A stretch of 32,000 bases of DNA, taken from Methylorubrum extorquens. GTDB lineage: Bacteria; Pseudomonadota; Alphaproteobacteria; Rhizobiales; Beijerinckiaceae. Position numbers and translations under genes: made by a program. Of this stretch, positions 24,455 through 32,000 are shown one piece after another. The notes under the pieces are model-generated. The model worked only from the letters and a program-made list of their open reading frames with translations. It was not told the DNA's origin and made no database searches. How positions within the stretch are numbered: position 1 is the stretch's first letter; each line of letters starts with the position of its first letter. The stretch spans positions 690,001 through 722,000 of the forward strand of contig LT962688.1 in assembly GCA_900234795.1 (NCBI GenBank), read 5' to 3'.

Positions 24455-25600
24455 ATGATGCGTAGCCTCAGGCCTCTTCTTCTCGCCACACCGCTGATCG
24501 CCTCCGCGCTGCTGGGTGCCGGGCCGGCCGACGCGCAGATGCCCGGCGCGCCGCCGCCGGGCGTGACCGTCGCCAAGCCGGTGGTGCGGGAGATCGTCGA
24601 GCAGGACCAGTATACCGGCCGGTTCGACCCGATCGAATTCGTCGAGGTTCGCGCCCGCGTGACCGGCTACCTCGACAAGATCATGTTCCAGGACGGCGCG
24701 AACGTGAAGAAGGGCGAAGTGCTCTTCATCATCGACCGCCGCCCCTACAAGGCGGCTCTGGAGCAGGCCCAGGCCGCGCTCACCTCGGCCAAGGCGCGGC
24801 TCTCCTTCACCCAGACGGATCTGGAGCGTGCCCAGGTGCTGTCGCGCGGCGGCAACATCTCCGAGCAGGTCACGGATCAGCGCCGCCAGGCCTCGCAGAC
24901 CGCTCAGGCCGACGTGGACAGCGCGGAAGCGGCGCTTCGCAACGCGCAGCTCAACTACGACTTCACGGAAGTGAAATCGCCGATCAACGGGCGGATCAGC
25001 CAGCGTCTCGTCACCGAGGGCAACATCGTCAGCACCGACCAGACGATCCTGGCCCGGATCGTCTCGCTCGATCCGGTCTATTTCGGCTTCACCGTCGATG
25101 AGCGCTCGTTCCTGAAGTACCAGGGCTCGCTCGGCATCGGCATGGGCCAGATGCAGCGCGGCAAGGGCGCCCCGGTGCAGATCGCCCTGTCCGGCGAGGA
25201 GAAGCCGACCCGCAAGGGCACGCTCGACTTCGTCGACAACCGGGTCGACAACCAGACCGGCACGATGCTCCTGCGCGCCACCGTCGAGAACCCGGACAAC
25301 TTCATCAAGCCGGGCCTGTTCGGCATCGTCGCGATGCCCGCGACCAAGCCGTTCCAGGGCATCCTGATCCCCGACGAGGCGGTCTCGGCCAACCAGGACA
25401 AGCGCATCGTCTACGTGCTCGGCGATGGCGACAAGGTCTCGGCCAGGACCGTGAAGCTCGGGCCGATCGTCGACGGCTACCGCGTGGTCCGCGACGGCCT
25501 GAAGGGCGACGAACTCGTCGTGGTCAACGGCGTCGCCAAGGTCCGCCCGGGCGCGCAGGTGAAGCCCGAGACGGTCGAGCTGCCGCCGTCGAAGAAGTGA
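24455..25600 (+). CDS. efflux RND transporter periplasmic adaptor subunit (AcrA/MexA-like)
   Basis: Signal peptide MMRSLRPLLLATPLIASALLGAGPADA. Blocks VEVRARVTGYLDKIMFQDGANVKKGEVLFIIDRRPY and TEVKSPINGRIS. Confidence 0.9.
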   Translation: MMRSLRPLLLATPLIASALLGAGPADAQMPGAPPPGVTVAKPVVREIVEQDQYTGRFDPIEFVEVRARVTGYLDKIMFQDGANVKKGEVLFIIDRRPYKAALEQAQAALTSAKARLSFTQTDLERAQVLSRGGNISEQVTDQRRQASQTAQADVDSAEAALRNAQLNYDFTEVKSPINGRISQRLVTEGNIVSTDQTILARIVSLDPVYFGFTVDERSFLKYQGSLGIGMGQMQRGKGAPVQIALSGEEKPTRKGTLDFVDNRVDNQTGTMLLRATVENPDNFIKPGLFGIVAMPATKPFQGILIPDEAVSANQDKRIVYVLGDGDKVSARTVKLGPIVDGYRVVRDGLKGDELVVVNGVAKVRPGAQVKPETVELPPSKK

Positions 25601-25762
25601 CGTCGCCCTGATGCGGCACCGTCGCGGGGGCGAGGCGGGACGCGGACAGTAAAGATTTTCGAGCGCCGACGCTCCCGGACCGACCGGGGATGCCGGCCTG
25701 GACGCAGACGGCAAGCCGCACGGGTCGCGCCAGCGCGCACCGGCCGGCGAGAGGTTTGAACG

Positions 25763-28700
25763 ATGCGTTTCGCCCATTTCTTCGTCGACCGGCCGATCTT
25801 CGCCTCGGTCACGTCGATCATCTTCCTGATCGTCGGCTTCGTCGCCTACGAGAAGCTGCCGGTCTCGCAATATCCCGAGATCGTGCCGCCGACCGTGACC
25901 GTGCGCGCGAGCTTCCCCGGCGCCAACGCCGAGACGGTGGCCGCCACGATCGCGACGCCGCTGGAGCAGGAGATCAACGGCGTCGACAACATGCTCTACA
26001 TGACGTCGTTGTCGACCAACGACGGCGCGATGCTGCTGACCGTGACCTTCAAGGTCGGCACCAACCTCGATATCGCCAACGTGCTCGTGCAGAACCGGCT
26101 CTCGGTGGCGCAGCCGCGCCTGCCGCCGGACGTGCGCAACCTCGGCGTCACCGTGCGCAAGGCCTCGCCCGACCTGATGCTGGTCGTGCACCTGCTCTCG
26201 CCCAAGCGCACCTACGACCAGAACTATCTAGCCAACTACATCTACCTCAACATCCGCGACGAGCTGCTGCGCCTCGACGGCGTCGGCGACATCTCGATCT
26301 TCGGCGGCAACGAGTATGCCGAGCGGGTCTGGATCGATCCGCAGAAGATGGCAGCCTACGGCCTGACCACCACCGACGTGACGAGCGCGCTGCAGGAGCA
26401 GAACGTGCAGGTCGCGGCCGGCCAGCTCAACGGCCCGCCCGCCGCGCCGGGCGCCGCCTTCCAGCTCGTGGTGCAGTCGCAAGGGCGCTTCCAGTCGCCG
26501 GAGCAGTTCGCCGACGTCATCGTCAAGGCGAATGACGGGCGCCTCGTGCGCGTGCGCGACATCGCCCGCGTCGAGATGGGCCAGAAGGACTACACGACGA
26601 ACTCCTTCCTCAACGACACCCCCGCGGTCGGCATCGGCGCCTTCCAGCGGCCGGGCACCAACGCGCTCGAGGCCGCGGAATCGGTCAAGGCGACGATGGA
26701 GCAGTTGAAGAAGAACTTCCCGCCGGACGTCGAGTACCGCATCGCCTACAACCCGACGGAGTTCATCGAGGAATCGATCCACGAGGTCTACAAGACCCTG
26801 TTCGAGGCGGTCCTCCTCGTCGTCATCGTGGTGCTCGTCTTCCTCCAGAGCTGGCGCACGGCCCTGATCCCGGTGATCGCGATTCCCGTGTCGCTGGTCG
26901 GCACCTTCGCGGTGATGTCGGCGCTGGGCTTCTCGCTCAACAACCTCACCCTGTTCGGTCTCGTGCTCGCCATCGGCATCGTGGTCGACGACGCGATCGT
27001 CGTGGTGGAGAACGTCGAGCGCAACATGGCCGAGGGGCTCTCGGCCGGCGAGGCGGCCCACAAGACCATGGACGAGGTGGGCGGGGCGGTCATCGCCATC
27101 GCCCTCGTGCTCGCGGCGGTGTTCATCCCGACCGCCTTCATCCCCGGCATCTCGGGCCAGTTCTACAAGCAGTTCGCGCTCACCATCGCGGCCTCGACCA
27201 TCATCTCGGCCTTCAACTCGCTCACCCTGTCGCCGGCGCTCTGCAAGCTGCTGCTGAAGCCGCACCACGAGCACAAGCCGCCGAAATTCTTCCTCACCCG
27301 CTTCCTCAACTGGCTGGCGCACCTGTTCAACCGCGGCTTCGACGCGCTGTCGAACGGCTACGCCCACTCGATCCGCTTCCTGACGGGGACGGGCATCGGC
27401 GTGATCGCCATGCTGATCCTCTATGCCGGCGTGATCGCGGGCACGCTGCACCTCGCCCGGACGACGCCCACGGGCTTCATCCCGGACCAGGATCAGGGCT
27501 ACCTCATCGGCGTCGTGCAGTTGCCCGCGGGCTCCTCGCTCGACCGCACCACCGATGCGGTGAACCGGGCCGCCAAGATCGCCCGCGGCGTCGACGGCAT
27601 CACCAACACCGTCATCATCGCGGGCTTCGACGGCGCGACCTTCACCAACACCACCAACGCGGCGGTGATGTTCCTCACCCTCAAGGGTGCCAAGGAACGG
27701 GCCGCGCAGGGCCGGAGCGCGGCCGTCATCACCGGCGACGTGCTGAAGGCGACGGCGGGCATCCAGGAAGCGCGCATCATCGTCATCCCGCCGCCGCCGG
27801 TGCGCGGCCTCGGCCAAGGCGGCGGCTTCAAGATGCAGATCGAGAGCCGCCAATCCTCCGAAATCGGCCCGCTGCTCGCGGCGGCCGGCGAGGTGATCGG
27901 GCAGGCCAACCAGAGCAAGGATGTGACGCGGGTCTTCACGACCTTCGGCAACGACACGCCGCAGCTCTACCTCGACATCGACCGCACCATCGCGCGCATG
28001 CTCAACGTGCCGCTCGCCAACGTCTTCTCGACCGTGCAGACGGCTTTGGGCGGCGCTTACGTCAACGACTTCAACACCTTGGGCCGCATCTATCAGGTGC
28101 GCGTGCAGGGTGACGCGGTCTACCGCATGTCGCGCCGGGACATCGAACAGCTCAAGGTGCGCTCCTCGACCGGCGCCCTGGTGCCGATGGGCACACTCGC
28201 CTCGATCCGCGACATCGCCGGCCCGCAGATCGTGCAGCGGTTCAACCTGTACTACTCGGTGCCGCTGCAGGGCGTGGCGCAGCCCGGCGTCTCGACTGGC
28301 CAGGCGCTCGACACCATGGAGGAAATCGCCAAGCGGGCCCTGCCCGAGGGTTATTCCTACGACTGGACCGAGATCGCGTTCCAGCAGAAGGCGGCGGGCG
28401 ACACGGCGATCTACGTCTTCGCGCTGGGCGTGCTCCTCGTCTTCCTCGTGCTCGCGGCGCAGTACGAATCCTGGGCGCTGCCTCTGGCGATCCTGCTGGT
28501 GGTGCCGACAGGCGTGCTCGCCGCCCTGTTCGGGGTGCAGTTGCGAGGGCAGGACAACAACATCCTGACCCAGATCGGACTGATCGTGCTCATCGGTCTG
28601 GCCGCCAAGAACGCGATCCTGATCGTGGAATTCGCCCACGACATCGAGAACAGCGAGAACAAGGGCCCGGTGGATGCCGCAGTCCAGGCCTGCCGCCTGC

Positions 28701-28972
28701 GCCTGCGCCCGATCCTGATGACGGCCTTCGCCTTCATCCTCGGCGTGCTTCCGCTGGTGATCGCCACGGGCCCCGGCGCCGAGATGCGCCAGGCGCTCGG
28801 CACGGCGGTGTTCTTCGGGATGATCGGCGCGACCTTCTTCGGTCTGTTCCTCACGCCGGTCTTCTACGTGGTGATCCGCAAGGCGGTGATCTGGATCGGA
28901 AGGAAGCGCGGCAAGGACACGCATGGCGGCGACGGGCATGGCGCGCCGCACGGAGCCCCGGCCCACGGCTGA
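25763..28972 (+). CDS. multidrug efflux RND transporter permease subunit (HAE1, AcrB/MexB-like)
   Basis: 1069 aa. MRFAHFFVDRPIFASVTSIIFLIVG..., GLVLAIGIVVDDAIVVVENVERNM, and the twelve-TM/two-loop architecture. Confidence 0.95.
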   Translation: MRFAHFFVDRPIFASVTSIIFLIVGFVAYEKLPVSQYPEIVPPTVTVRASFPGANAETVAATIATPLEQEINGVDNMLYMTSLSTNDGAMLLTVTFKVGTNLDIANVLVQNRLSVAQPRLPPDVRNLGVTVRKASPDLMLVVHLLSPKRTYDQNYLANYIYLNIRDELLRLDGVGDISIFGGNEYAERVWIDPQKMAAYGLTTTDVTSALQEQNVQVAAGQLNGPPAAPGAAFQLVVQSQGRFQSPEQFADVIVKANDGRLVRVRDIARVEMGQKDYTTNSFLNDTPAVGIGAFQRPGTNALEAAESVKATMEQLKKNFPPDVEYRIAYNPTEFIEESIHEVYKTLFEAVLLVVIVVLVFLQSWRTALIPVIAIPVSLVGTFAVMSALGFSLNNLTLFGLVLAIGIVVDDAIVVVENVERNMAEGLSAGEAAHKTMDEVGGAVIAIALVLAAVFIPTAFIPGISGQFYKQFALTIAASTIISAFNSLTLSPALCKLLLKPHHEHKPPKFFLTRFLNWLAHLFNRGFDALSNGYAHSIRFLTGTGIGVIAMLILYAGVIAGTLHLARTTPTGFIPDQDQGYLIGVVQLPAGSSLDRTTDAVNRAAKIARGVDGITNTVIIAGFDGATFTNTTNAAVMFLTLKGAKERAAQGRSAAVITGDVLKATAGIQEARIIVIPPPPVRGLGQGGGFKMQIESRQSSEIGPLLAAAGEVIGQANQSKDVTRVFTTFGNDTPQLYLDIDRTIARMLNVPLANVFSTVQTALGGAYVNDFNTLGRIYQVRVQGDAVYRMSRRDIEQLKVRSSTGALVPMGTLASIRDIAGPQIVQRFNLYYSVPLQGVAQPGVSTGQALDTMEEIAKRALPEGYSYDWTEIAFQQKAAGDTAIYVFALGVLLVFLVLAAQYESWALPLAILLVVPTGVLAALFGVQLRGQDNNILTQIGLIVLIGLAAKNAILIVEFAHDIENSENKGPVDAAVQACRLRLRPILMTAFAFILGVLPLVIATGPGAEMRQALGTAVFFGMIGATFFGLFLTPVFYVVIRKAVIWIGRKRGKDTHGGDGHGAPHGAPAHG

Positions 28973-29000
28973 GCCTCCCCGCACAAGCGCTGAACATCGT

Positions 29001-29034
29001 GAAGGCCCGCCCATCTCCGGATCGGCGGGCCTTC
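29001..29034 (+). terminator. hairpin after RND system 2
   Basis: Perfect 11-bp stem GAAGGCCCGCC / GGCGGGCCTTC with a 12-nt loop, 29 nt after the stop. No clear U tract. Confidence 0.5.
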
Positions 29035-29117
29035 TCACATCCAACGGTCCAGGCTCGCATCGTCGCAGCGTCGTCCGCGCCGCAACTCCGCCCGCACAGC
29101 GCGCATTGACGGGCAGG

Positions 29118-30173
29118 ATGAGCGCAGGAGGATGCGGTTTGGCAGGGCAGGGACGAAGAGGTGCTGCGCGGGTTGCCGTGGTGACGGGCGGAAGCGCCGG
29201 GATCGGCCTCGCCACGGCCCAGCTTTTCGCGCAACGCGGCTGGTCGGTGGCGATCCTGGCACGCGGTGCCGAGCGTCTCGCCGAGGCCGAGGCGCTGCTC
29301 GCCCGCGAGGGTGGGCGCGTCTTGGCGATCCCGGCCGATGTGGCCGACGCCGCGGCGGTCGAGGCGGCAGCCGACCGGATCGAGCGGGAACTCGGACCGA
29401 TCCGGGCTTGGATCAACAACGCCATGACGACGATCGTCAGCCCGGCCGACCAGGTCACGCCGGAGGAGTACCGCACCGTCACCGGGGCGACTTATCTCGG
29501 CACCGTCCACGGCACGCTGGCGGCCCTGCGCCGCATGAAGCCGCGCGACCGCGGCGTGATCGTCCAGGTCTCTTCCGGGCTGGCGATCCGCGCGGCTCCG
29601 CTTCAGGCGCCCTATTGCGCGGCGAAGTTCGCGATCAGCGGTTTCACCGACTCACTGCGCGCCGAACTGATCCACGAGAACAGCAAGATTGCGCTCAGCG
29701 TGGTCTACCTGCCGGCGGTCAACACACCGCAATTCGGCTGGACCCGCACCCGGACCGGCCACGGACAGCGCGCCCCCGATCCCGTCTTCGATCCACGCCT
29801 GTGCGCCGAGGCGATCCACCACGCGGCCGAGCGCCCGACCCGCGAGGTCTGGGTCGGACGGACCTCGGTGCTGATGGCGGCGGCCCAGGCCCTCCTGCCG
29901 TCCTATGCCGACCGCAAGGCGGCGCAGAGTTGGGACGACATGGTGGAGGACGAGGCGGTCCCGGATCGGCGCGGCAATCTCGACGCACCGGCGCCGGGCG
30001 CGGCGCGCATCGACGGCGCCATGAGCAAGCGGGCCAAGACGACCCGCTCCGAGTTCTGGACCAGCCGGGAGCGCGATGCCCTCGTGCTCGGTGCCGTCGG
30101 CGCCGCCCTGCTCGGAACCGCCCTGGCGGCGCGCGCTCTGCGCCGGCCGCTGCGTCTGCTCGGGCGGCTCTGA
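29118..30173 (+). CDS. SDR family oxidoreductase with C-terminal membrane anchor
   Basis: Motifs TGGSAGIG, NNAM and YCAAK. C-terminal hydrophobic stretch LVLGAVGAALLGTALAA. Start uncertain: ATG 29118, or TTG 29139, which sits 7 nt after AGGAGGA. Confidence 0.85.
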   Translation: MSAGGCGLAGQGRRGAARVAVVTGGSAGIGLATAQLFAQRGWSVAILARGAERLAEAEALLAREGGRVLAIPADVADAAAVEAAADRIERELGPIRAWINNAMTTIVSPADQVTPEEYRTVTGATYLGTVHGTLAALRRMKPRDRGVIVQVSSGLAIRAAPLQAPYCAAKFAISGFTDSLRAELIHENSKIALSVVYLPAVNTPQFGWTRTRTGHGQRAPDPVFDPRLCAEAIHHAAERPTREVWVGRTSVLMAAAQALLPSYADRKAAQSWDDMVEDEAVPDRRGNLDAPAPGAARIDGAMSKRAKTTRSEFWTSRERDALVLGAVGAALLGTALAARALRRPLRLLGRL

Positions 30174-30178
30174 GCGAA

Positions 30179-30280
30179 AGCGCATTCCGACGACGTGGTC
30201 ACCGGTTCGTCGAGAGAATGCACGTCAAAACAAAGGCCTAGAGCGCCGGCCTGATGCAGTCAGGTCGGATACGGCCCTAG
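30179..30280 (-). repeat. two-hairpin intergenic repeat, copy C (inverted relative to A/B)
   Basis: Begins 5 nt after the SDR stop. Its reverse complement aligns base-for-base with most of copy A (ccgtatccgacctga.tgc.tcaggccgg ... gacgtgcattct.tcgacgaaccgg.gaccac.tcg.cggaatgcgct). The outer right arm of hairpin 1 is degenerate. Confidence 0.75.
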
Positions 30281-30357
30281 CCCTTTCTTCACCCGCAGCG
30301 GGCGGATAGGACCGTCCGATCTCCGGCCCGCCCGCGGGCATCCATGAGGACTTGCCC

Positions 30358-31230
30358 GTGCCCGGTTACCTGCCCTTCGCCGGCGCCCTGAAGCTGCCCG
30401 CCTATACCTGCGACAATTGCGGGTTCTGGCAGCGCCACTTCGAGGCGCCGCCGCATTGCCCGATGTGTCTCGACGCCCGCCACGTCGTGCCGCAGGACGG
30501 CTGGCGCTTCCGCACCACGCGCGAGGCGCAAGACGCCTTTCCCTGCCACTGGGAAGAGCTGGAGCCCGGAATCTGGCGCTTCTGGAACGACCCGGTCTCC
30601 GGCATCGGTCCGAGCGCCTACCTGATCCGGACCGAGAACGGGAATATGGGCTTCGAGGCCTGCCCCGTCTTCAGCGAGGCGGCGCTCGACCAGATCGAGC
30701 GGCTCGGCGGGATGCAGGTGCTCTCGGCCTCGCACCCGCATTCCTACGGGGCGCTGGTGCAGCTTCAGGACCGCTTCGACCCGGAACTGTGTCTGCCGGC
30801 GGCCGACTTCATCTGGAGCGCGGCGCTTCAGGTCTCCTGGCCCTACGACGACTTCCTCGAACCCCTTCCCGGACTGGAACTGCACCGCACCGCCGGCCAT
30901 TTCGACGGCCACGCCGTGCTGTTCGACCGCAAGCGCAAGATCTGTTTCTGCGGCGACGCGCTCAAGTTCGAGCTCGACCCGAACGACTTTCGCAAGGCGC
31001 TGACGATCTCGGCCCACAAGGCCTTCGTGCGCGGCGTGCCGCTCACCGTGAACGAGCTGCGCCGCTATCGCGACGTGTTCGAACGCCTCGATTTCACCCA
31101 GACCTGGACTCCGTTCGAGCCCGCCGCCAATGTCGGCCGGGCCGAGGTTGTGGCGCTGATCGACGCCATGCTCGGCAGCCGGCCCCACGCCGCACCGGTG
31201 CCGCTGGACCATCTCCGCCGCGGCGGCTGA
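30358..31230 (+). CDS. MBL-fold-like protein with N-terminal CxxC...CxxC zinc ribbon
   Basis: GTG 30358 lies 7 nt after ATGAGGA; the track start TTG 30352 is too close to that site. Zinc ribbon CDNCGF...CPMC. SASHPHSYG sits where HxHxDH is expected. Later GHFDGH and CGDAL blocks. Confidence 0.7.
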   Translation: MPGYLPFAGALKLPAYTCDNCGFWQRHFEAPPHCPMCLDARHVVPQDGWRFRTTREAQDAFPCHWEELEPGIWRFWNDPVSGIGPSAYLIRTENGNMGFEACPVFSEAALDQIERLGGMQVLSASHPHSYGALVQLQDRFDPELCLPAADFIWSAALQVSWPYDDFLEPLPGLELHRTAGHFDGHAVLFDRKRKICFCGDALKFELDPNDFRKALTISAHKAFVRGVPLTVNELRRYRDVFERLDFTQTWTPFEPAANVGRAEVVALIDAMLGSRPHAAPVPLDHLRRGG

Positions 31231-31303
31231 GCGCGCTCACGACAAGGCTCGCAGGCCGGGCCGGGCGGAAGACACGCATCCCATTTGGTTCGCAGGGGAG
31301 GGC

Positions 31304-31323
31304 GAGCGGTCTGAAGACCGCTC
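31304..31323 (+). terminator. possible hairpin terminator after the MBL-like gene
   Basis: GAGCGGTC-tgaa-GACCGCTC, an 8-bp stem 74 nt after the stop. No U tract. Confidence 0.3.
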
Positions 31324-31662
31324 CCTTCCGGCTATCTGCGAAGAGGCAGCGAAGCCGACCGATCGTCGAACCCAGGCGGACGGGCGAGGAGACACTGCCA
31401 GCGCAATGGCGAGTTTATATCATATGTTACTAGCGTAGTTGCCGTCTGTGCGACGCATGTCGAAACAAGATTGCAGCCTACAGACGATTGTAACGTTCTA
31501 CACCACGGATTTTAATCCATAATTTACTCAGAAAATGAACATTCGTCATAAGGGGCGGATGAAAGACATCGAGCGAAATCGCCGAGATCCGCCCTCGATC
31601 AATGACGACATCGCTCTGGCGACGTGGCTGCCGGAGAAAGATTGCGTCACGGGGGTTCTGTG

Positions 31663-32000
31663 ATGTTCCGTAAGCCCAAGCAAAGTGACGCCCAAGCGAA
31701 GCTCGATGCACTCGATCGATCGCTCGCGACCATTGAGTTCGCGATGGATGGGACGGTTCTCGACGCGAACCGGAACTTTCTCGACGCGATCGGCTACGAG
31801 CTCGACGAGATCAAGGGCCGGCATCACCGCATCTTCGTCGAGGCCGCCTATGCCGAGAGCGCCGATTATCGCGCCTTCTGGGAGACGCTGCGCGGCGGCA
31901 AGTACGCCTCGGGCGAGTTCCCCCGTCTCGGCAAGTCCGGACGCAAGATCTGGCTGGAAGCCACCTACAACCCGGTGCTCGGGGCGGACGGCAAGCCGGA
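31663..32000 (+). CDS. methyl-accepting chemotaxis protein, N-terminal PAS domain (partial, runs off the window)
   Basis: Not in the ORF track because it has no stop in the window. Translating from ATG 31663 by hand gives MFRKPKQSDAQAKLDALDRSLATIEFAMDGTVLDANRNFLDAIGYELDEIKGRHHRIFVEAAYAESADYRAFWETLRGGKYASGEFPRLGKSGRKIWLEATYNPVLGADGKP, the classic PAS sensor found at the start of alphaproteobacterial MCPs. Confidence 0.8.
   Translation, partial: MFRKPKQSDAQAKLDALDRSLATIEFAMDGTVLDANRNFLDAIGYELDEIKGRHHRIFVEAAYAESADYRAFWETLRGGKYASGEFPRLGKSGRKIWLEATYNPVLGADGKP

Noticed and set aside
29132-30241. A 369-aa ORF starting at ATG 29132, directly after a strong AGGAGG.
   Set aside because: It is out of frame with the SDR, which has TGxxxGxG, NNAx and YxxxK motifs, and its translation is Arg/Gly-rich nonsense. 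The AGGAGGA more likely serves an in-frame TTG at 29139 of the SDR.
1-32000. CRISPR arrays, rRNA genes, IS elements or transposases, prophage or defence-system genes, toxin-antitoxin pairs.
   Set aside because: There are no regularly spaced direct repeats. No ORF has transposase, integrase, nuclease-helicase or reverse-transcriptase motifs. The small gene pairs present are not overlapping or coupled in TA fashion and show no recognisable toxin folds.

Overview
Very GC-rich chromosomal segment; third codon positions are almost all G/C. The protein families and codon bias read like a Methylobacterium/Methylorubrum-type alphaproteobacterium, but that is an inference and no search was run. I can support about 26 protein genes and one tRNA-Pro(GGG). 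I saw no rRNA, CRISPR array, transposase, integrase or phage genes.

Gene order, left to right:
- a divergent PEP carboxylase
- three small hypothetical genes interleaved with copies of a ~105-nt two-hairpin repeat (4 copies in the window)
- an IorA/IorB-type 2Fe-2S + molybdopterin oxidoreductase with a long leader
- a small secreted protein
- a GAF-HisKA_2 sensor kinase
- a small Gly-rich secreted protein
- a divergent PQQ beta-propeller dehydrogenase
- a coiled-coil/HTH/acidic-tail protein
- a frameshifted tandem-repeat gene
- RND efflux system 1: the adaptor is split by a frameshift at a C8 run, followed by a CzcA-like pump
- a small secreted protein and a LysR regulator
- tRNA-Pro
- a LuxR/LuxI quorum-sensing pair in a local GC dip
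- a stand-alone PAS-like protein, a GT4 glycosyltransferase and a rhodanese
- RND efflux system 2 (AcrAB-like)
- an SDR with a C-terminal membrane anchor
- an MBL-like protein with an N-terminal zinc ribbon
- the 5' end of a PAS-containing chemoreceptor

Most of this is ordinary housekeeping or accessory content. The items most worth follow-up are:
- the LuxI homolog, whose N-terminal block resembles the acyl-CoA-using RpaI/BjaI/BraI clade
- the two-hairpin repeat family, which has a consistent position and orientation just after stop codons
- two simple-repeat frameshifts (a C8 run and a (TC)3 run)
- the PQQ propeller, which appears to lack both the vicinal Cys-Cys and the usual catalytic Asp

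The many long antisense or alternate-frame ORFs in the track are GC artefacts.
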